Shown here piece by piece: positions 9,970 through 19,518 of a stretch of DNA of 64,000 bases (positions within the stretch are counted from its first letter, which is position 1; every line of letters starts with the position of its first letter). The notes under the pieces are model-generated. The model ran no database searches. It saw only the letters and a program-made list of their open reading frames with translations, and had not been told where the DNA came from. Source of the stretch: Thermoplasmata archaeon (GTDB lineage: Archaea; Thermoplasmatota; Thermoplasmata; Thermoplasmatales; Thermoplasmataceae); contig JAKADM010000004.1 in NCBI GenBank assembly GCA_021820525.1, positions 45,318-109,317 of the forward strand, given 5' to 3'. The position numbers and the translations under genes were made by a program.

Positions 9970-11152
9970 CATAAAGAGCATGCGAAAAGCGGTTTTCGGA
10001 ATAATGGATGTCTCTTCATGAAGTCCAAATAGTCAGCGGAAGAGAATTTCCAGATATTCATAGAATCCTTCTCTGAGAATTTCGCACAGGCTGAAATTTG
10101 CAGGAGACACGGCATATATCTTGTACAGCTGAGCTAGTGGAGGGATCAGTTCATAATTATTAGAAAGGCATCTCCGGCTCAGAGAAGAAATTCTCACAGC
10201 AGAGAAGAGGAGATTGAAGGGCTGAAGAAGATCATAAGAGTTCAGTCCTTAGTAATAGATGCTTTTAAAAAAATGAACAGGAGAACAAGATGATGGTTCT
10301 TTATGAATATCACAAGGACATCCGAGATGTCACTCTTCGCATATTATTACTGACTCAGAAAGAGAACTAACCAGAGGTTTAATCCTTCCACAATGGCAAG
10401 TATTGGAATATTGCACTGGAAAGGCTTAAGTATGGATATGGAAAAATATAGGCAATACCGGGGAATCAAGACACAAGTGTGAACCAAAAGACAGTCAGGA
10501 AGGTACTGAAGGATAATAACTAGAACCTTCGCGCATCAAGACACAGAGTAATACTAAATTCCAAGAACCACTTTCCGCCAACGGGGACCTGATAAGCTAT
10601 GGGAAACTAACATCACTTACATTCCTACAGAATCTGGAATGACCTATCTGATGTGCATCAAGGACTATTTCTCAATAGAATGGCAGGGATACCATAGGAT
10701 CAGCGTAGAACGCTGTCCTCACGGCATTCAACGGATATTGTTCCCAGGATCCTAACATTGAGGACAGACAATGGCACTCAGTACATATCACAGGAGTTCA
10801 GGAGTAACATGAAACTCCATTGTATAAAGATTGAATAAATACAGAAACAGATTCCTGAGGAGAATGGAAACATTGAATCATTCTGCAACTCAATCAAGAC
10901 AGATTATATGTGGCCAAACGAATTAAGGGATTTCTATGAGGTTTCAATGGAGATAGAAGAAGCATTAACCAATTACAATGAATTCAGGTCACATTCATCC
11001 ATTGATTATATTCCTCCCAGAGAGTTCAGGAGGAAGTTTATGGATGATCTGGATGATCTGGCATTCAGGGAAAGATTCTGGAAGAAAGAGATTGAGGTGA
11101 CACAGGATGAGAATTGATGAAAAGTGTTCCAAATTCTGCTGGTGCAGACTAT
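9970..11152 (+). mobile_element. Decayed IS3-family element
   Basis: orfA from ATG 10018 (AEICRRHGI) has stops. TTTTAAAAAAAT slippery site near 10263. RTDNGTQY, NIESF and YNEFRSHSSIDY fragments. Right IR at 11119-11152. Confidence 0.85.
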
Positions 11153-11409
11153 AAACGCGTATCTCTGGCCAAATATTATCTCGTGTATTGTTAGAAATAA
11201 TATACAAGATCACTTTTTTAAAATCTATGTTTTTTCTTATTTCTTATTGCGAGAAGAAATATTATGATCTCTGTGTTACACTCCAGCTTTAATTCTGTTA
11301 AATAAATTTACTCTCTATTTCATAATAGAAAATACCTATATATCAAAAGAGATATGAATCTTTTTAATAGTTCCTAAAAGTCATTCCTAACCAAATTTTA
11401 TCTAAGGTC

Positions 11410-12066
11410 TTGAAATCCCCTATCAAAGTGAACATTGTGAGCAAATTGTTTTCATTCATCAAAAATGAAGATTACTATATGCTGAACTTCAATGAAAAAT
11501 CTAGATACATATCATGTGCCCCATTCAATGGGGGCACAGGTTATGCGTACAGATACATTAACAGACATGTATGTAAAGATTATAATTTTGATTCTGATAT
11601 TGAAATAAGTCTGTTTTTAAAAATTAATAGGATTGAACTTGAAGGCACTGTTGTAAATTTAACTGCTGCGGACATAAACAAATTCGTGATATCTCATAGA
11701 GAATGGATGGGCTATGAATTAAATGTTATATTAACGGCTCACGCAGGAAATGCTATTTCCATCGGTAATACTGGAGAGGGATATCAGGGGACAGTAAATA
11801 TTGCCATTATAACCGATGCCCCTCTGGATAATACAGGAATGGTAAATGCATTTCAAACCATTGTGGAAGCAAAGGCCCAGCTCTTCAACGATCTGAAAAT
11901 AAAGGATATGAAAACGAATAAGATTTCACCCGGAACCTCAACAGATACAGTTTCCATATTTGTTCTGAATGATGATGAAAAAATAAGGTACACAGGAAGG
12001 GCAACCGAAATTGGAATGGCAATTTCAGAGATGGTTTATGAATCACTCAAAAAAAGATTGGGTTAA
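11410..12066 (+). CDS. cbiZ: Adenosylcobinamide amidohydrolase family protein
   Basis: SCAPFNGG, LTAA, GTVNI, VEAKAQ and PGTSTDTV motifs. Confidence 0.8.
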   Translation: MKSPIKVNIVSKLFSFIKNEDYYMLNFNEKSRYISCAPFNGGTGYAYRYINRHVCKDYNFDSDIEISLFLKINRIELEGTVVNLTAADINKFVISHREWMGYELNVILTAHAGNAISIGNTGEGYQGTVNIAIITDAPLDNTGMVNAFQTIVEAKAQLFNDLKIKDMKTNKISPGTSTDTVSIFVLNDDEKIRYTGRATEIGMAISEMVYESLKKRLG

Positions 12067-12069
12067 ACT

Positions 12070-12088
12070 AACCTCCTGAGGTTTTTTA
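12070..12088 (+). terminator. Possible terminator after cbiZ
   Basis: AACCT-CCTG-AGGTT short hairpin running into a T tract just after the stop codon. Confidence 0.3.
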
Positions 12089-12144
12089 TATTAATATTCT
12101 CACGGTTTTGAAATTACATATTTTATATCCATACGGATAAAAAT

Positions 12145-12441
12145 TTATATGAACTGAAGCCAGAGCATTACGGGATCATCGCTCCCTTCCAGTTCTGTCT
12201 CGGTTTCACCGAAGGAGCTAACAGTTTTGAATTTTGTGAAATATATCACACCCTTCTCCTTGAATCCGTACATTATATGTTCCACAGGCTCGCCATTTGG
12301 AAAATGGGCAACAGCCTCAGGCATTTCAGGGGAAAAGTGAAGTTCAATACTGTTATCTTCATTTTCATAAAGGGAATAAGATCGGTTCTGAATAATATAC
12401 TCTTTCAGTTTTTCTTCCTTCACATTTGGCTTATCGTGCAT
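12145..12441 (-). CDS. Hypothetical protein (98 aa)
   Basis: Fills an intergenic gap with a natural acidic composition; no motif recognised. Confidence 0.7.
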   Translation of the reverse strand: MHDKPNVKEEKLKEYIIQNRSYSLYENEDNSIELHFSPEMPEAVAHFPNGEPVEHIMYGFKEKGVIYFTKFKTVSSFGETETELEGSDDPVMLWLQFI

Positions 12442-12602
12442 GCTTTCATATTTCCATATGTTTTAAAGTTTTTTCTAAAAATTTTATGGATTCAAATTTA
12501 CTAGCAAAAAACCAGTATTATCATTAACCCTTCTGCTAAATAAGAATGCATATTTGGGCTCTCCCATATAAAATATATATAATTACCATTAATATCGGCT
12601 AA

Positions 12603-13379
12603 ATGTTTGAAATTTCATTAAAGAGGAAAGAAAGAATAGCATGGGCAGTTAGCCTGACATACATACTTTATTTATTCGCCGGCCAAATTCCAAACTTAAG
12701 ATCAAATCCAATTTTCAATACTATGTTCGTTTCTCTTTTTTTGATCATAGTTTTCATCCTAAGTTCATATATGCTTCTTGGCTGGAAGAAAACACTGGAA
12801 CTTGTGGTTCTTGGATGGTTAGTTGGATACTCAATGGAGTTTCTCAGCATAAATACGGGAATACCTTTCGGCACCTATTATTATACATCAGCACTGGGAC
12901 CCCAACTTGGGCCGGTACCCATATTTATTCCCTTTCTCTGGTCTTCTCTCTTCTTCTATGCCATGGAGGCATCGTCACTGTTTTTGGCACCATTCCTTAT
13001 GGTCTCCATAGATCTGAGTTTCGATCCAAGATATTCAAAATATCTGTGGCACTGGACTGTACCCACTCAGTATTTTGGAGATCCAATCTCAAACTTCACA
13101 GGCTGGTTCATTGTCTCCATCATCATATCGTTCCTCCTGTATCTCCTCAATTTTAAGCCAAATCAGTCTAAATGGGGCATAATACCATCCATTCTTTTCT
13201 ATTTACTCTTCATCGCTGACAATACAGTAAGCGATTTTAGAGCCAATCTAGGAGAACCTGGAATTATTGCCTTAATTGTGGCACTCTTCATATCTTTGAT
13301 TCTCTTACTTTACAGATATGGAAGGATAAACATTCCATTAAATGGAAATAAATTTTTAAAGAAGGGGTCCGACCATTAG
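12603..13379 (+). CDS. cruF: Carotenoid 1,2-hydratase-like membrane protein (CruF family)
   Basis: E..SINTGIPFGTYYY, GPVPIFIPFLW, DLSFDP, W.W, PISNFTGW. Confidence 0.75.
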   Translation: MFEISLKRKERIAWAVSLTYILYLFAGQIPNLRSNPIFNTMFVSLFLIIVFILSSYMLLGWKKTLELVVLGWLVGYSMEFLSINTGIPFGTYYYTSALGPQLGPVPIFIPFLWSSLFFYAMEASSLFLAPFLMVSIDLSFDPRYSKYLWHWTVPTQYFGDPISNFTGWFIVSIIISFLLYLLNFKPNQSKWGIIPSILFYLLFIADNTVSDFRANLGEPGIIALIVALFISLILLLYRYGRINIPLNGNKFLKKGSDH

Positions 13380-14294
13380 GGGTAAAATCACAGTTATATC
13401 CCCATAAACATTTACAAACCTTGCATCAGGTTTGACCTTTTTCCATGAAATGGCCTCTTCAAGCTTTGCGCCTGAAAGTGAACCATCATATTCCTGCGCA
13501 GTTGTAACATATACGGAATAATCCAGACCTCCCCTGAACTGGTTCCACCATATAGTATGATGTTTTGATATGCCTCCTCCAATCATTAAGGATCCAGTCT
13601 TCTTTGCATCAAATATGATATCTGAAAGTTCATGCTCATCGGCAAGCACATCGATCATGAAATCCCTGTTCATCTCCCTGAATGACCAGAGCTGTGATCC
13701 AAAGGATCCATCTGTGATTCCTGGAACAAAAACCTTTATTCCATTCTTTGCCGCGTTATAAAGGATGGAATCCTCATTGTTCAGTTTCAACCCTATTCTT
13801 TCTATAATCTCCCAGGTGGCCCATGTTTTCTTTTCCTCATATAATTTTTCAAGTTCAGGTTGCATGAACGTTTCCATTATTTCCCCATAGGATTCATCTG
13901 GTATCACAACACTGCCAAGCCTGTTTATTCCAAGATCCTTCAACTCTCTGTCAGGATAATCAAAGGAACCGCAATAGTAGTTCCTGAATGTCCTTGCAAT
14001 ATCATGGTCCAGAGTTCCTGTGGTTGTTATTATTACATCCACAAGTTTCTTCTTTACCAGCTGGTTTATTATTCCTCTTGTCCCGGTTGAAATTATATCA
14101 GCGGGAAAGGAGAGAAATGTTGTGTTTTCTTCAGAAAACATATCCTTCAAAATCTCATATGCAACATATATCTTGGAAGTTGTGAAACCGCCTGAAACAC
14201 CCATCATGTCCATGAGTTCCTTCAGGGTTGTTTTTCCTGATACTTCTGTATCCTTCACGGGGGTTGAAAGCAGATCCTCTTTTTTCATAGTCAT
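13356..14294 (-). CDS. dys: Deoxyhypusine synthase
   Basis: ISTGTRG, DGSFG, IGGGISKHH, DGSLSGAKLEEAISWKK. Confidence 0.96.
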   Translation of the reverse strand: MTMKKEDLLSTPVKDTEVSGKTTLKELMDMMGVSGGFTTSKIYVAYEILKDMFSEENTTFLSFPADIISTGTRGIINQLVKKKLVDVIITTTGTLDHDIARTFRNYYCGSFDYPDRELKDLGINRLGSVVIPDESYGEIMETFMQPELEKLYEEKKTWATWEIIERIGLKLNNEDSILYNAAKNGIKVFVPGITDGSFGSQLWSFREMNRDFMIDVLADEHELSDIIFDAKKTGSLMIGGGISKHHTIWWNQFRGGLDYSVYVTTAQEYDGSLSGAKLEEAISWKKVKPDARFVNVYGDITVILPLMVGPLL

Positions 14295-14332
14295 GCTTCT
14301 TATATAGCTTGCTCGTACCTATTCTTTTTCAT

Positions 14333-15319
14333 TTATTCTTTCGCTTTCAATCTGTATACCTTTCTCCTCATGTCTCCCGTATCAGGCCTCTCTTCAATAT
14401 ATCCTTCATTGAGAAGTTCACCCAGGGAGTTCTGGACAGTTCTCCTGTTCAATCCCGTAACCTTTACAATGCCGCTCTGGTCGATTTTCAGTGAATTTCT
14501 GATGACATAATAAACAAACATTGTTGCGGGGCTACCTCTGAAATCGTTATTATGCTGTTCAACTCCAAGGGTATCCCCTCTTATTCCAAACCTCTGGGTT
14601 GCCAGTGAAGGTATGGACGAGAGGGATATATTGCCTAAATTAACTGCATTCCCGAGCCTGATGATCAGTTCAGTCTGCTGCCTTTCCATGGGTGCCTCAA
14701 ACATGACCTTATTCAGAGGAATATGGTCGAGTATTTCGTCGACCCAATCCCATTTAATATCACCCTCACCATCATATATTCCAACATCTTTCCCAGATTC
14801 CCTTCCCTCAACAATAACCATCCATGGATTGTATTCAAGATCTTCTTCTATCCTTTCTATGATCTCGGACAGGCTCATCCTGTTATTTCTGTTCTTCTTT
14901 CCTACTTCCATCACAAGTTTCATATTCATACTTTCAGAAAATTCCCTTGCAATATTTTTATCTCTTTTCGAAAGATCTATTATTCCTTCACTCAATTCCA
15001 TAATATCATAACCCATATATTTGACAGCATTCAATCCAGATTCAAGTTTTCCCTTGATTGCAAAGCTTTCTAAAAATGTCCCTCCATTGCTCGCCTCAAT
15101 GCCGCAGGAATGAATTTTCATGATTCTTTCCTTAATCAAATCCATTTTGAGAAGGAATGGTATCCCCCATCCAATCTTTACATACCCCACAAATCCTGAA
15201 AAATATCTCAATGCAGTAAGGTCTGAAACAATTTTATCCAGAACCATTACCCTGCCTGAATTTCTAATTGCATTATCATTTATGCCTGAAATTTCGTGGT
15301 AAATAAGATCATCTTCCAT
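14333..15319 (-). CDS. comA: Phosphosulfolactate synthase fused to a C-terminal winged-helix domain
   Basis: MVLDK, KIGWG, GGTFLE, EVGKK, VEGRESG, FEAP, VNLGNI and RGDT motifs. The last 76 aa look like a wHTH. Confidence 0.9.
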   Translation of the reverse strand: MEDDLIYHEISGINDNAIRNSGRVMVLDKIVSDLTALRYFSGFVGYVKIGWGIPFLLKMDLIKERIMKIHSCGIEASNGGTFLESFAIKGKLESGLNAVKYMGYDIMELSEGIIDLSKRDKNIAREFSESMNMKLVMEVGKKNRNNRMSLSEIIERIEEDLEYNPWMVIVEGRESGKDVGIYDGEGDIKWDWVDEILDHIPLNKVMFEAPMERQQTELIIRLGNAVNLGNISLSSIPSLATQRFGIRGDTLGVEQHNNDFRGSPATMFVYYVIRNSLKIDQSGIVKVTGLNRRTVQNSLGELLNEGYIEERPDTGDMRRKVYRLKAKE

Positions 15320-15422
15320 AATATGTTATCATTAAGTGAATCATAAATATGTGTAAAATACGTAAAAATTTCCTATATTTATCAAATCTATATGTAAATA
15401 TATCGTATAAATATGCAAAATC

Positions 15423-16097
15423 ATGTCAATCCAATCTCTGGTTAAAAATACAGAAAATATACTGCTTGAAATGGACATGATATGTTCAGGGGACCTTTTT
15501 ATATTGAGCAGCTTCAGCAGGGAAGATATGATCATTCTTCACATCATGCTTTCCATGGGTATGAAAAGAGATGTTGTGACCATTGATACGGGTCGTATTT
15601 ATCAGGAGACCTTTGAATTCATGGAAAGAATCAGGGATGAATGGAATGTTTCCATAAAGTTCCTGTTTCCTGACAGAAGTGAGGTTGAATATATGGTAGA
15701 TAATTTTGGCCCAAACCTTTTCTATAAGAACAGGGAAATGAGGGAAATGTGCTGCAAAATAAGAAAGGCAGATCCTCTCAAAAAAATACTATCTGAAAGG
15801 AAGGGCTGGATCACAGGAATCAGGAGGGAACAAACATCCCTGCGAATGAATGCCAATCATATGGAATATTCAGGAAGAAATGTGAAGTGCAATCCTCTAC
15901 TTGACTGGAAATATTCTGATGTTATGGAATATACCTTAAAGAATGGCATTCCTGAAAACATTCTTTATAAAAGGGGATATAAGAGCATAGGGTGCCTTCC
16001 ATGCACAGTACCGTCGGATGGGGAAAGAGATGGAAGATGGTGGTGGGAGGATGGCGTGAAGGAGTGTGGAATTCACAGGGAGGAGGTGATGAAATAG
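15423..16097 (+). CDS. cysH: APS/PAPS reductase, Fe-S (APS-type) signature
   Basis: DTGR...ET, CCKIRK, WITGIRREQ, YKSIGCLPCT, RDGRW, KECGIH. Confidence 0.92.
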   Translation: MSIQSLVKNTENILLEMDMICSGDLFILSSFSREDMIILHIMLSMGMKRDVVTIDTGRIYQETFEFMERIRDEWNVSIKFLFPDRSEVEYMVDNFGPNLFYKNREMREMCCKIRKADPLKKILSERKGWITGIRREQTSLRMNANHMEYSGRNVKCNPLLDWKYSDVMEYTLKNGIPENILYKRGYKSIGCLPCTVPSDGERDGRWWWEDGVKECGIHREEVMK

Positions 16098-17233
16098 TGT
16101 TGCCGCCCTATCATGGCAACAGGAGAATATCCACAGGTAACCATGATTCTGAATTTTCCTCTTCCACTGAAAGGATTGATATTTCCCATGAGGATGCAAT
16201 TAACCTGTGGAATATGGCCACAGGATATTTCAGTCCATGCGATTCCTTCCATGATTATAATGAAACCATGGAGATTCTTCAAAATAACCACCTTGAAGAC
16301 GGAACGGCATGGACCGTGCCTCTTCTCCTTCCCATCTCCAATAAATCATGGGATAGGATGAAGAATGGCCATATCCTTTCCCTTTATTTTGAAAACAGGT
16401 GCATTGCCCATGCCGAAATAAGGGAAAAGTTCAGTCTTGACATGGATTTTTACTTAAAAAGACTGTTTGGGACATCTGATATGAACCATCCCGGTGTGAA
16501 AAGATCCATGGGAAGGGGAAACCATTTCATTTCATGCAAAATTTTATCCTTTAACAGAAAAAACTTCATGAGGAATCACGGATGCATGGATACGGAATCT
16601 GTCAGAAATTTATGGAAAAAGATGGGTTTCGAAACAATCTGTGCATTCCAGACAAGAAATGCGCCTCACAGGGGACATGAGTTTCTTCATAAGGTTGCAA
16701 TGCTGATGTTCGATGGCATAGCCATAACCCCGTCCCTTGGTCCGAAAAAGGATGATGATCTTGATGATAGTCTTATAACAATGGCCTATGAAACATATAT
16801 GAAAAGTTACCTAAATCCACAAAGATCATTTTTTATCCCTGTGAACTACTCAATGCTCTATGCTGGACCGAGAGAGGCATTCCATCATATGATCATGAGG
16901 AAAAATATGGGATTTACACATTTCATTATTGGGAGAGATCATGCAGGTACAGGATCCTATTATGGAAGGGATGAAGCCATAAGATTTGTCAGATCCCTTG
17001 GAGAAAAATATATAGAAGGAGTTTACATGGAAGAATCCTTTTATTGCAAAAGGTGCAGGGAAATTACCACTGAAAAACTCTGTCCTCACGATGATATCTT
17101 CAGAAAAAGGTTCAGTGGGTCACTCATCAGAAATATGATAAGGAACGGGGAACATTTCGATCCGGATATAATGAGGGAGGAGGTTTTCCAGACTCTCCTC
17201 AACCTTTCAGCCATCAGGGAAGAGATGGCATGA
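16097..17233 (+). CDS. sat: Sulfate adenylyltransferase (start moved to GTG 16097)
   Basis: AFQTRNAPHRGHE, YAGPREA, GRDHAG and CKRC..CPH motifs. RBS gaggaggtga precedes a GTG that overlaps the cysH stop. Confidence 0.93.
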   Translation: MLPPYHGNRRISTGNHDSEFSSSTERIDISHEDAINLWNMATGYFSPCDSFHDYNETMEILQNNHLEDGTAWTVPLLLPISNKSWDRMKNGHILSLYFENRCIAHAEIREKFSLDMDFYLKRLFGTSDMNHPGVKRSMGRGNHFISCKILSFNRKNFMRNHGCMDTESVRNLWKKMGFETICAFQTRNAPHRGHEFLHKVAMLMFDGIAITPSLGPKKDDDLDDSLITMAYETYMKSYLNPQRSFFIPVNYSMLYAGPREAFHHMIMRKNMGFTHFIIGRDHAGTGSYYGRDEAIRFVRSLGEKYIEGVYMEESFYCKRCREITTEKLCPHDDIFRKRFSGSLIRNMIRNGEHFDPDIMREEVFQTLLNLSAIREEMA

Positions 17234-17334
17234 TCTTCATAACCTCCTTTGACTTATTTCCTGTGTAAATGAATATAATTTCTTTTTCATTGTAAATTAT
17301 TTCTCAGGAACTTCAGGTATTAATTTTTTTCAAA

Positions 17335-18120
17335 ATGTATTTAATTAATATATTTAACGATGTCTTTCATTATCTTTCCATGGAATCATCTGAAATAGAC
17401 AGTTCCAGTTCACTTTCTCTTCTTATGGAAAACGTTTCAAAGAGTTATGGAAAGATTACAGCAGTTAGGGATTTTTCAATTCAAATAAGGGATGGGGAAA
17501 GAGTGGCGCTCCTGGGCGAAAATGGTGCCGGGAAATCCACAACACTCAAGATCATATCGGGTTTAATGAAACCGGACACAGGGAAGGTAAGAATATTCGG
17601 ATATCCTCCAAGTTCCTTTGAGGCAAAAAGGATGATAGGGTATCTGCCTGAGGATCCCAGTCCATATCTCAATCTCTCGGTAAGGGAGAATCTGGAATAT
17701 ATTGGTGCCATAAGGGAAACGGAAGATCTTCAATCAAGGATTGAGGATCTTCTTGATATGTTATCCCTTAAAGGGATGGAAAGGCAGAAGCCTCTTTCAC
17801 TTTCAAGAGGCAACAAGCAGAAGCTTTGTCTGGCATTATCAATCATCCATCATCCGAAATTTGCGATCATGGATGAACCGCTCAACTATCTTGATATACC
17901 TACCCAGGAAACCATATTCCAGTATTTCGAATCCATGAAGTCAACCTTTCTAATTTCAACCCATATACTTTCAATTGCCAAGAGGCTCACTGAAAGGATC
18001 GTAATATTATCATCGGGAAAGAAGGCATGGGAGGGGACAATTCAGGAACTTGAGGGTATGGAAGGAAATGGAAGGTCCATTGAAAGTGTTGTATCTGAGT
18101 TGATGAAGAATGTTTCTTAA
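17335..18120 (+). CDS. ABC exporter ATP-binding protein (true start probably ATG 17380)
   Basis: GENGAGKST, LSRGNKQK, MDEP, STH. Confidence 0.93.
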   Translation: MYLINIFNDVFHYLSMESSEIDSSSSLSLLMENVSKSYGKITAVRDFSIQIRDGERVALLGENGAGKSTTLKIISGLMKPDTGKVRIFGYPPSSFEAKRMIGYLPEDPSPYLNLSVRENLEYIGAIRETEDLQSRIEDLLDMLSLKGMERQKPLSLSRGNKQKLCLALSIIHHPKFAIMDEPLNYLDIPTQETIFQYFESMKSTFLISTHILSIAKRLTERIVILSSGKKAWEGTIQELEGMEGNGRSIESVVSELMKNVS

Positions 18121-19513
18121 GGTATTGAAGCTCTTAATAAAATCGAGATTTTCAAAATCTTTCCTTTTCATAATATTAATGATTTTCATCTATTCCATTT
18201 ATACTATAGCAATAGGTTCAGGTTATAATGAATTCAGTTTATATTATCTTGCGTTCATATTTTTGATATTTCTTGTATCTGCAACCATGGTTGGGGGATT
18301 ATCTCTCACTGCTGCAGACAGGGATTTTCTTCTTACATCCGCTGTTAGAAATAGAGTATTGATTCCAGCCTTTTTCATAGCACAGGCTCTGGCATCATCA
18401 ATTCTTTTTATTGCAGCTGCTTCCGGTGCCATAATTCTTTTCAGGGGAAACAGCTTTGAGCTTATGGTTGGCATTGTGGCCATTATCTGCATGGCCATAT
18501 TACCCATATCCATGAGTCTGAACATGGCCGGGAGGAACAATTATGTTAAGGGTTTTTTTTCTGCAGCTGAGTCAGGGTGGGTTATTCTATCCTTCACATC
18601 ATTCCCCTATGGGGCCCTTTCATTTCTTGTTGATGGAAACTTAAGTTCATCAACAATTCTCATATCCATAACAATCATAGCAACTGCAGTTTCATCCTTA
18701 AACATAAGGGCAGAATCCCTGCCCTTCAGAATATCCTCCTTCTCAATGAGAAACAGGACATCTTTCAAAAAAAGCTTTACCTTTACAGGACTTTCAAGAG
18801 ATTCTGCCATATTGAAACTTAACTTCAGACAGATAGATTTTACGAGCAGGGTTGCATCCATGGGAAATATCCGGGTTAGAATTAACAGGGTTGGCATATA
18901 TACGATGTTTCTTATCGTTTCCATACTTGCGGTTGCATTCACAGTTTTCATGTTTCTTTACGGGAAAAAAATTGGCCCATCTTTCTTTACATTTATACTC
19001 TCAGCGTACATTGTATGGCTCCTTTCCCTTGCATTCAGCACAGGAACACTGTCAAAGGAGAGGGCCTGGCTATCCTTTACATCCATGCCTGTTGAATCCT
19101 ATTTGAGAATGGTAATGTTTGCAAAGATGCTTCAAACCCTTTTTATATCCGTGCCCTTTGCCCTTTCATCCATTATTGTAGGCATATATATTGACAGATC
19201 GTTCATCCCTCTGGCAGGAGTAATTCTGATGTTTCCTCCTGTTTTCACAGGAATAAACTTCTCCCTTTCATTCATAAGATCACCCTATCAGATACTTCAG
19301 GAAGACATTCTTCCTTCGGTGTACAATGCATCCCAGTTTGCCCTCTTTCCCATATCCTTTGGGATGCTCCTTATTCTGTTTGTTGTAATCCTTCTTCCAG
19401 TTTCAACCATCCCGGTTTTTGCGGCCTCGGTTATATTCCTGCTATTCCTTTCATGGAGGCAGGATTACTGGAAAAATCATCTTTACAGCTGGATTGAAAG
19501 AGGTTACCAGTAA
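18110..19513 (+). CDS. ABC-associated permease (~12 TM)
   Basis: Highly hydrophobic with two repeats; overlaps the ATPase gene. Confidence 0.8.
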   Translation: MFLKVLKLLIKSRFSKSFLFIILMIFIYSIYTIAIGSGYNEFSLYYLAFIFLIFLVSATMVGGLSLTAADRDFLLTSAVRNRVLIPAFFIAQALASSILFIAAASGAIILFRGNSFELMVGIVAIICMAILPISMSLNMAGRNNYVKGFFSAAESGWVILSFTSFPYGALSFLVDGNLSSSTILISITIIATAVSSLNIRAESLPFRISSFSMRNRTSFKKSFTFTGLSRDSAILKLNFRQIDFTSRVASMGNIRVRINRVGIYTMFLIVSILAVAFTVFMFLYGKKIGPSFFTFILSAYIVWLLSLAFSTGTLSKERAWLSFTSMPVESYLRMVMFAKMLQTLFISVPFALSSIIVGIYIDRSFIPLAGVILMFPPVFTGINFSLSFIRSPYQILQEDILPSVYNASQFALFPISFGMLLILFVVILLPVSTIPVFAASVIFLLFLSWRQDYWKNHLYSWIERGYQ

Positions 19514-19518
19514 AATGT

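Noticed and set aside
3592-10760. Several in-frame TAG codons in IS3 ORFs, suggesting amber recoding
   Set aside because: TAA/TGA stops and frameshifts are also present and host genes end in TAG; ordinary decay
15992-16096. N-terminal extension of the sat ORF in the track
   Set aside because: Overlaps the conserved cysH C-terminus; a strong RBS supports GTG 16097
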